Shown piece by piece: positions 56,101-64,000 of a stretch of 64,000 nt of DNA. How positions within the stretch are numbered: position 1 is the stretch's first letter; every line of letters begins with the position of its first letter. Under the pieces are notes generated by a model. The model ran no database searches, was not told the origin of the DNA, and saw only the letters and a list, made by a program, of their open reading frames with translations. This stretch comes from Haplodiscus bocki (taxonomy: Eukaryota). Position numbers and translations under genes: made by a program. The stretch spans positions 4,402,001-4,466,000 of the forward strand of contig OZ296653.1 in the NCBI GenBank assembly GCA_965655095.1, written 5' to 3'.

Positions 56101-56769
56101 TGTCCCAAACTTCAGTCAATGAATCTGCACAGGGTCGAGGGAACGAGTCACTTCGATTTTTTGAAGACTGGGTCACTTTTCCACGCGTCAAAGTGTCTTG
56201 CAAAGAAACGGTTGGTTGCTGAGCAAGGTAAAACTGATGGGCTCTCTGCAGCGACATGGATAGTTTTGTGACCATCTTGAACAAAATGATTGACTACGTT
56301 GATAAACATAGAACGAAAATACCCGAATCTATCTACACGTTTTTTTTTTGAAAAATCGACATGACCCTATATCTTGAACCACCAAGCTGAATAACATTTG
56401 GAACCTACTCAAAGAGCCCTATTCATTGATTATGGTCTCAGCTCTCTATCTCCCACTTTGGATTTTTGCCCCCGAGCCCCATTTCTGAAATTTTGACTGG
56501 GCACGTTCAAAATCGTTTCCCAAACGTTTTCCATATCACCCAAAGTTGTCGCCGTATCTCGAAATTCAGTGTTCGGCAGAGCGGCAGAATCGGTGACCCG
56601 GGTGCCTGCGAAGTTATTGAGGGTTGGGTTGCTTTCTTACGCGTCAAAGTGTCTTGCAATGAAACGGTTATGTGCTGAGCAAGGTGCAACTGGTGGACAC
56701 TCTGCAGCGACGTAGTTTTGTGATTGTCTTGAACAAAATGTTTTGACTCTGTTGAAAAATTAGAACAAA

Positions 56770-57030
56770 GCCATCAAAAACAGTCGCTTTCGTGACTTGT
56801 CGAATACTGATTTGTTTTGGACAGTTTCTCGCAATATTGCCTTGAAAGCATCAAAACACACTTTTTGCAACATTTTTTCAAACACGGTAGACACTTTTTA
56901 ACCCCTAAAAACTTTTGGATTGATCACCGGTTTTGCTAGCAAAAAAACCCGTCTCCTTGTCTTGATCTCACAATAAAAGTATAGATTCGAAGTTGCACAT
57001 GGATGTCTCTTTGACAGAGAACTGCCTTTT
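56770..57030 (-). pseudogene. Possible fragment of the N-terminal region of Polinton pPolB (upstream piece)
   Basis: Minus-strand translation ends ...NIARNCPKQISIRQVTKATVFDGFV at the satellite junction, resembling the CTxERxNTKWxFxKLTNVTxF pattern. Weak, with multiple stops. Confidence 0.3.
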
Positions 57031-57769
57031 CAGTTTGAATTGATTGATTGATTTATTGATTGATAAAACAAAATTAAGAATGATTTTTGTTTTCCCACAT
57101 TGAATTGGCATGGAGATGACACTGTTCTACAGAACGCACTTTGGATCCTCAATAGTTTTCATCAAAGAAGATAAAAAATGGTCAACAAATGACCAGTTGA
57201 AGATTCTGCAGTCAATTTTGTCGCAATTGCATTTGTTGCATCTGTCAAGCTCAATAACCACTGCAAGTGTGGCAAAAAAACTTCTCGAGGACAACGATGA
57301 CGATGACGCCAGGCAGAACAAGTGTCATTGGATGACGATAGGATTGTTTTCGATCTGATAGTCACGAGTCGCCGAGCTACGAGGACAAAACTCTCCCGGC
57401 TTGATAAACTTTGATTCGCTTGGTTGGAAAGAGAGCCAATGCGACAAAGCGAAAAGACCTAAATTGCCGCTAAATCAACCTGGTGCTCTTGACGGAAAAT
57501 CTTTTGGACAGTCAACAATATGCAGAGTCGCTGAGAGCCTTTCGGGGATTCGCTGAAAAACCATCGCCAGCAACAACAACCAAAGTCGATGATAATGATG
57601 GTGATCAACCAAACGAAAATAGCGCAGATGAGTTTTTTCTTCACCATCATCATCGAATGAGTCAGAAGAAGCAAAATCAGGAAAAAAGTATTCATTTGTT
57701 TCAACAACACTTCACAATACAATGCAAGGCCAAAAGAAAAAACCATCAACAAAAACACCAATAAACGAG

Positions 57770-58660
57770 CTCGTCTTCAGCTTTTTACATTGATTTGTTG
57801 TCGAATGCTAGTTTGGACATTTATCCGAACGGCACATTGTCTTTCTTTTTCATTGTTTCGTCGAACCCAAAAAATTTGAGCGACAACAACGCAAACAATA
57901 AAAGAAAATGAGTGAGAAGTGGCACTCACTGACATTGCATTTCTCTACCGAATTTTTAATAATGTCGACAAAAAAAATTACCTCTGCTTAAGCACCAACA
58001 GATAGTTTAGGAACAATATTGAGTCTTTCAAGGGTAGAAAGTGCTCTAACGCAAGCAGGAAAAAATCATGATTTTCCCTTTTTGAATCAACATCAACCGT
58101 TTCAAAAACCAAAAAAGAGCTACACAGAAACTGAAAACGTTGTGACCGCCATGAATGTGCAGATTGTCACTTTTACAAATATTGAGAACCTGATAAAATA
58201 CAAGTAAATTGAGGAAACGTTCTTTCTGTCTCTGAATTTCAAAAGCACAACGGTCACTCCAACAAGTAATTACTTGGATTAAGAAGGCAACAATTTGGCA
58301 TAAGTTTCGGGATTGGAAACTGATGTACCGTTTTGTGAAGGCTAAAAAATTGATGTTCTTTACCCATGTCATCTTACCCGATTTCACACACTATTTGTCT
58401 ACAGCGATTTTGTCAGTTATTAGAACGTTGGAAATGTCGAAAGTCAACTTTTGCGTTCATTCACGTTCCATCAACGGGTTAAAGATGAAGATTTGACAGT
58501 AATTGTTCCCTGTGACAATCGTGCCTTCACGAATCTACTGTATGGCAAGGTGAAACTGATGAACATTTTAGTATACAAATTGAATTTCGAGATATTAAAG
58601 CCGACCTTATACCAATTTCCGTTTTCTCAGGAAGTCTGCAGTTAATTGAAAAAGAACGTT
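57770..58660 (+). pseudogene. Polinton minor capsid (penton) protein pseudogene
   Basis: FYIDLLSNASLDIYPNGTLS...E*EVALTDIAF at the N-terminus. C-terminal FHTLFVYSDFVSY*NVGNVESQLLRSF...SIQIEFRD...LIP. Stops and frameshifts throughout. Confidence 0.75.
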
Positions 58661-58689
58661 TTTCTAAAAAAAAAATATTTCAGAAAGGT

Positions 58690-59038
58690 AAGCAAAAAAA
58701 TTCAACGCAAGTTAGATACAATAAAGACCACAAAAATGATCTTGATTTTTCTTACAATTCTTTTGTTGACAGTGAGAAAAAGAGGCATTTTTCTGTTCAC
58801 TTGCGGGTAATGTTGCAAACTTGTAGCTTTGAGGGAGTCGCTCAAGAAGTAGGCATCGTTCAATCGTGCCAGCATAATCCAATGGCCCTCGTTTACCTTG
58901 TCGGTTGTGCTTAGACTTTGGAAGGTTTGCTTAACTTGAAAAAATTAGGAAGTCCGTATTAAAAGACCTCAAACACCGATAGTTTAGGATGGGAAACTTT
59001 GATATGATTATGATTTGCAGCAAAGTTGCATTAGCCAT
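58690..59038 (-). pseudogene. Adenain-like cysteine protease pseudogene
   Basis: EGHWIMLAR..AYFLSDSL (catalytic His region, ~58864-58887) and FCGLYC (catalytic Cys, ~58718-58735) lie in different frames. Confidence 0.75.
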
Positions 59039-59049
59039 GCTTGAAAACA

Positions 59050-60290
59050 TTTCCAGCGAATCAATTTAGATTGTACATTTCGTTCACAAAGCACAAGGAG
59101 TTCCAGAAGTTCGACTGTGGTGTTTGAGAACTCCAACTCAACGTGTATGGGTGCTCTAACCACTTCCGGATAGTAGATTTTTTGTTTTGATTTTTGTGTA
59201 GAAGTTAGGTCGAAGACTAGGTAAAAATGATTGTTATAATTTTACAACTTTATCAGAGGTCCGTCTTGACCAAAATGCAGGCTTTGAATTGCCTTGTAGT
59301 ACACTGACGTGTGTACTCGACAAATGGCGCGCTGTTTCGCAATGTGCGCACTTGTTTCAAATTGTGCTTTTCAAATGCAAGAGGAGAGTGTCGGCCCACC
59401 ACCCACGGAGTTGGCCCCCGGGGCACAGTGCAAGAACCATTCATCGATTGGCTCAGCATTGAAAACGCCCTCGCGAATAAGTTGATTTCATCTCGTTGGA
59501 AGAACAAAAGTTTTGTTCCGCACTTCAAAAAAATTGAATTTGGTAGGCCACTTTAGTATAGACCGCTGTAAATTGACTTGGTAAATTTCGGTCATTGTAA
59601 AATTTTGAGCAAACAAGGAGAATTTGGAGATTTTGACTGTCAAGGCCGCATCGTCAACATCACTTCCCGATTCATATTCATTTTTCTTGCGTGTCAGCCT
59701 GATTGGAACTGAGCAACGGGGAATCAGGAGTTGATCACAGAGCAGAAAGTCCACTGCCATCCTTCCATACAGCATCCTTGTGGCCAAGCATTGGGTCCAT
59801 AATTGTCGAACATCGTGTTGATCACGGTTTTTTTTAAATTGTAGCCCTGCAAAACCAATTTTGATTATGCGCAGCCTTCGGTGTGGTCATTGCCGTTTCA
59901 ATAAAGGCACACTGTGCGTACAAGTCGTTTGATACGACAACAATTTCGTCGTTGATCAACATGTTACAGTTGGAAAAGAGCAAGTGAAGTGTGTTGATGT
60001 TAACAGCAGCTCTGCCACAAGCTATTGGCACAGTGGCGGCTTCCACAACTTCCTTCTGAAAGTTGGTGTTGCGGTTGGCACCTTTTCCGATGTTTCTTTC
60101 CTTTTTGACCTCAATGCTTTGCAAAACTGAAAGAATGTTGCGATCGATTGTGTGCACAAATTCTATAGCTTGAGCAGTGGAGGAAGTTACGCGCAATGTT
60201 TCTTGTCAAAAGTGGCCGATACTTCAGGTTTGGAAAATGGAAGAAAAAACCGAGGATGAGTGGGTGGCAGGCTTGGGTATTTCCATCACT
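59050..60290 (-). pseudogene. Polinton major capsid (double jelly-roll, hexon-like) protein pseudogene
   Basis: NTLHLLFSNCNMLINDEIVVVSNDLYAQCAFIE (59834..60196), LYGRMAVDFLLCDQLLIP...IRLTR and FEVRNKTFVLP (59488..59787), and C-terminal VFDLTSTQK...IRVELEFS. Frameshifted. Confidence 0.8.
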
Positions 60291-60329
60291 TTTGTTCAAT
60301 AGAAGTTATGGTAAAAATTAAAAGATGTC

Positions 60330-60790
60330 AATCTTTTGCTTTTGGGAACGCCGATGACGGCGTGTTTAGGAACCCCAACTGTTGTTCTGTTTCGACGACG
60401 ACGTGGTTGACTGTTTGTTGATTTTGATTTTGAACCGACTGACTCTTTTGTGCTGCTACGTTTCTTCTGTACTTTATGTTCCTTTACGCCGCCGCTGCCC
60501 CATTGTTTCTTGGTTGTTTTAGTGGCTAAGCGCTTGAGAGCTGCTTCTACGTTGGACCTTCAGCTGGCTATTTTAACAATTGTGGAAAAAAAATTCAGTG
60601 CAAACTTTTTCCAACACGTTTACCAGATGGTAAAGTGTGTTTTGACAAAATTGACAAAACATTACGCGCAACCTGCAACGCCAACGAATCGATACTAATG
60701 CCTCGTTGTCGGACTGGTCGGCGATTATAGTTGTTTAGCGGTTGATAAGGGAGAAATGAACTACCGGTCCTTGTGGGGTTTGTGTAAAAA
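60330..60790 (-). pseudogene. Small basic core-like (pVII-like) protein pseudogene
   Basis: RQRGISIDSLALQVARNVLSILSKHTLPSGKRVG...TKTTKKQWGSGG, then an Arg/Lys-rich tail (PRRRRNR). Has QRG/GxG protease-site-like motifs and sits between integrase and MCP. Confidence 0.55.
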
Positions 60791-60829
60791 CTCAAATTCA
60801 AACTAACTGTGCCGTGTTGAAGTAGTAGC

Positions 60830-61830
60830 AATCACTAAAACTTTGAAAATTTCTCGTTCGTGACAGTTTTCCTGAACCAAATCCTTTTGCGCATCTCAAG
60901 GTGTGTACTAGGAAGGCTGTATATGAAAGTAAATGGCATCAATTCCAAAAAATTTATTGCTAAAGTCTTGAAAGTTTTCTTCTCTAAAGTTTAAGATTCG
61001 CGGGGCTATTCTAACTTTTTTGCCAGCGTTGTAGCACGGTTTTGTCGTCGTTGTTGTCATCTTGCTGTATTGTTATTGTTTGGCAGTGCCAATCAGACGC
61101 AGCACATGTTTCTATTTTTCAGTAGCAAGAGCCATTCCAATGGAGCGGTTTACTCGTTTGTTGATTGTTTGCACAGACTTGAAATTTGTCAATGTAGTGC
61201 CCAATGCTTTTTTTTTCCAGGTAACGAACAAAATAGAAACATGTAATAAAATCTAATGCTGCGTTCGGAAAAAGTGCCTTTGAGTTTACTGAACGTGTGA
61301 TACTGTTGAATGCCGACATCTTTGCGGAGTTTATCTTCAAATTCGCGACCATGAACGGTCCAAATTTTGTCGGCTTTGTCATGTTTACTGCCCTCACCGG
61401 CAAACGACTTGTTTAGAATGGATGCTACGGCATTTTTAGTGGCGATGGAAGCCAGACCTTTTATCGGCTCCACTCTCAAAACGCGAGAGGGTATATCCAC
61501 GCAAACGCGCAGTTATTTTACCCGATCGTTCGGGAAAGCAATCTTGTCCATGTGGACAACGTCAATGCACGAAATTTAGTAAATGTCAGAGACAATTGCA
61601 GGTAGTTGTGGATAGGAGTTTCGTTGTGGACTAAGAAACTTTGTAGAGGCTTTTTTGCGCCGCAAACTTTCATTGACTTGCTTTTGCGACACGCGCGTAG
61701 CTTTTTGCAAATTTTTGCGCGATACGTGAAAAAAAGAAAGCCAGTTTTCCACGCCTTTTCCAGTTTGGCTACTGTTGCTTTGTATATAGACGACGCCGAA
61801 TTGTTGCTTTTTGGCTTGCCGTTTCACTCA
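60830..61830 (-). pseudogene. Retroviral-type (rve) Polinton integrase pseudogene
   Basis: In frame across stops: ...SDIY*ISCIDVVHMD...K*LRVCVDIPSRVLRVEPIK...KIWTVHGREF...IQQYHTFSKLKGTFSERSIR, then NKRVNRSIGM and a C-terminal YT..DAQKDLVQENCHERE segment. The second catalytic Asp (WTD) reads WTV. Confidence 0.85.
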
Positions 61831-61959
61831 AAACAACTCTTTTGTTTTTTTTTGACGTACTGCTGCTGCTGCTGGAGGATGGCAAAGCATGGTCGTCTTC
61901 AGTGGCGTCCTTATAGGTGTCGTCGTTGTCACCGTCAGGAGAAAGTTCTTGTTGTTTAT

Positions 61960-62500
61960 TCAGACGAGATGGCACGTGGTGACTACTAGGTTGTTGCTTC
62001 TCTGCAAAAAGTAAATTGCTGGCAAGTAAGTGTTCTGGAAGCTTTGCAGACTGCAGAAATTGCAGAAATTGGCTCTCGCAGGATTGCATTTTTGGAAAAG
62101 TTTTCGGAATCTATACAGAAACTTACTCAAAAGAATGTCCGTTTCGACATTCTCGAATCTAATTATAGTTTTTTTGGACAATTTGGATTTTGGGCTGGCC
62201 GAAAGTTTGTCGTACAAGGCTGCATGACGCCTTTGTATTGTGGCTCTGCCACCAACATCAAACAAACTGCCGTCTTTTCGCTGATCAACAAATATAGAAA
62301 ACAACGACGACAACAAATCGTTTTTGCTGTCGTCACCACGACTTTCTGTTTTGGTTGCTGCTGATGTTATTGCGGCGACGAAACACGGTATTGTTAATGT
62401 AAATCGCTTTCACTGATGAGCCAAAGTCGGCAAATTTTTTTTCTTTTCATCGTTGCTCAACATTGAATCCTACAGTACGCTACTTTTTGGTGTGCTCGAA
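61960..62500 (-). pseudogene. Polinton uncharacterised gene remnant
   Basis: LYDKLSASPKSKLSKKTIIRFENVETDILLSKFLYRFRK lies between the ATPase block and integrase, on the same strand. Confidence 0.4.
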
Positions 62501-62592
62501 TCTAGCTGACTCTTGAATTGCGAGAAAAGAATCAAAACAAATTTTTTCAATTCCATTGTGCCAAAAAAAATATTGTAATAATTTTGCAAAAA

Positions 62593-62892
62593 TTATCTAA
62601 GTACAGGATCATTGAAAACATCCAACAGCGCGACAACTTTATGGGAAGTGAAAAAGAGCAGCCTGTCTGCAAGGGGATATTTTGATGAAATGATGCTGTT
62701 AACTTGCAGCTTTTCTTTTTGCACGTCTTTCCGTTTGATTCCAACAACGACTCCTTGAAAGATGTAGACAATGGCGTCCGACAAAAAATCCAAAAAACTG
62801 TCTTCACAATTCTTTAGCAGCGCTAATTGGTCGGAGTCCAGAGAAGGACTTTTCAAATGCCGAAGCAAAGAAATGTGTTGTAAATCTGTCAT
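62593..62892 (-). CDS. Small conserved Polinton protein downstream of the ATPase (~99 aa, still open)
   Basis: C-terminal part of ORF 62593..63336 from ATG at 62892: MTDLQHISLL...LLKNCEDSFLDFLSDAIVYIFQG...; resembles the LxxCxxxFIxFLxECxxNLLxG family. Confidence 0.5.
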   Translation of the reverse strand: MTDLQHISLLRHLKSPSLDSDQLALLKNCEDSFLDFLSDAIVYIFQGVVVGIKRKDVQKEKLQVNSIISSKYPLADRLLFFTSHKVVALLDVFNDPVLR

Positions 62893-62899
62893 AAACTTC

Positions 62900-63510
62900 G
62901 ATGAAAAGCGTACTTTCTTACTGGAAACATTAAAAATGGTAGGTTCTAGGCCAGAACTGTATTTAAGCAAATCGAAAGAATTTGGAGACAAATCAATCTT
63001 TAAATAGCCAAAAAAATGGTGTCTACGCAACTGTTGCTCAAGTTTCTCAAACTGACTAATGTCATTTGGTGACTGAAACAAAACTTTATGACTCAACAGC
63101 AACTCCCTTTCTCGACCAATGGGGGACTTCTGAAAAAAATTGTACCTAACATAAGAAAGTTGCAAACTATTGTTTCGACCAGTGGTAGTAATCTTTGCAA
63201 AATCGTGGCATTCTAACAAATGTTCAGAAAAAACCTCAGAAAGTACCAAATACTTTTTTTGATTTGGCGTGGCAATGGACAGTTTTTTTCCAAAGCGATG
63301 CCTCGTACAAAACCAAAATCTTGCTCCAAGCCTCATCCAACATGTCTTAAGCCAATTGGTAGTCTCGATAAAAACAGTATGGATTGGTACCGCGATAGAA
63401 ACACTGGTAAAGTTAAAAAAAAGTTGAAAATTAAAAAAAAAGTTTTGCCGGAGCTCGCCGGACCAACAAGGCTAAAAAACACGTTCCGTAGTAGGAAATA
63501 CCTTGTTAAT
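62900..63510 (-). pseudogene. A32/FtsK-like DNA packaging ATPase pseudogene
   Basis: Walker A SLVGPASSGKT (63441-63464). After a frameshift come KYLVLSEV (decayed Walker B), TTGRNNSLQLSYVRYNFFQKS, VLFQSPND and FGYLKIDLSP. Confidence 0.85.
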
Positions 63511-64000
63511 CTTCTCTCCTTCTCTTTTTCAATTGATGTATGGAGCCGGTAGGGTATATCCGATTGAACTGGTTATTAAAGCAATCCAATTTCTTTTTCC
63601 TTCGACAAGGATGCAAGATCGGGCAAGTTCAAAAACACAAAAACTGAAGAATCGAAATCACAATTAGTTGCGAGAAAAAGACAGTTTCCAATCGAGGCAG
63701 GGGTCATCCACAAAATGACGAGGGCTTGCTCTTCTTGTAGTGCCGCGCTTCTAAACTCCTACTAGACTGTCATGGTGTAAACTGTAAAAATCCTTGGCAT
63801 CTCACATGAATGCTACTCTCGTCTCCATCGGGTGTTTAATTCGGAGCTCAATCCGGTGTTCTCGAATTCTAATGGCAGACAATCTGAGATAAATTTTTGT
63901 GACTGAACAAGCCTGATCATGTCCCTCAAGGGCTACGAAATAGCGAAAACCTGCTTTTGGTTGTTTTTTCTGTTAGAAACAACTAGAGACGCATGCTCGT

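Larger units (their letters stand above)
23020..56768 (+). repeat. Satellite DNA array, ~455-bp monomer, about 70 head-to-tail diverged copies
   Basis: Marker cccaaagtgg or a variant at 24292, 24747, 25201, 25657, 26110, 26571, 27035 and 27491 (spacing 453-464). Conserved blocks aaatcgtttcccaaacgtg, ttttgagatagccgcagaatcg, ggaaacgattagctgctgagcaaag and catgttagataacatt recur throughout in one orientation. Confidence 0.97.
20940..64000. mobile_element. Decayed Polinton/Maverick (adintovirus-like) element, interrupted by a satellite array and continuing past the window end
   Basis: Begins AGTAGTTGTAAGGGTCAGTTTGCTCG(G)n at 20940; Polinton TIRs typically start 5'-AG or AGTAGT. Integrase, ATPase, protease, MCP and penton pseudogenes lie at 57770-63510. 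Joining the left and right parts into one element is inference; the right part alone is high confidence. Confidence 0.7.

Noticed and set aside
23020-56768. Dozens of 60-170 aa ORFs with recurring peptides (e.g. FAQQLIVSLQDILTQ)
   Set aside because: They are translations of the satellite monomer on both strands, with no conserved start, stop or frame.
23020-56768. Hammerhead/retrozyme reading of the monomer (minus strand CTCGATGAGTAGGTTCGAAATGTTATCTAACATG; plus strand CTGATGAG or CTGATGG...GAAAC)
   Set aside because: The consensus lacks an exact CUGANGA, stem I cannot pair (G-rich on both sides), stem II is absent and the cleavage triplet would usually be AUG. An Infernal search would settle it.
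23020-56768. CRISPR-like array
   Set aside because: The whole 455-bp unit repeats; there are no unique spacers and no cas genes, and the context is eukaryotic.
57110-57764. Short ORFs between the satellite and the penton gene
   Set aside because: Probably Polinton accessory remnants, but no motif I can assign.
62593-63336. 247-aa ORF as one real protein
   Set aside because: It is an in-frame join of the ATPase pseudogene C-terminal part (Walker A lies upstream in another frame) and the next small gene.

Overview
Eukaryotic, AT-rich, repeat-dense window with no recognisable intact host gene and no prokaryotic features. (1) 1-~1590 looks like the right end of a very AT-rich, apparently young virus-like element. 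It has two intact paralogous ORFs resembling a giant-virus hypothetical family and ends in a cluster of hairpins that can fold only on the + strand as ssDNA (GNA-triloop tips, G.A and G.T pairs, one bulged T). (2) ~1600-20900 is a mosaic of old repeats: a very degenerate ~178-bp tandem repeat in two or three blocks, a ~900-bp TIR element, a tRNA-like fragment, and a probable Penelope-like relic with a degenerate hammerhead motif. (3) From 20940 (AGTAGT terminus) to the window end lies a decayed Polinton/Maverick (adintovirus-like) element. Pseudogenes for penton, cysteine protease, major capsid protein, a basic core-like protein, retroviral-type integrase and packaging ATPase are recognisable. 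It is interrupted by a ~33.7-kb head-to-tail array of a ~455-bp satellite (~23020-56768), which has a homogenised ~1-kb dimeric higher-order core carrying (CT)n expansions. All family assignments are by-eye motif recognition, not database results.
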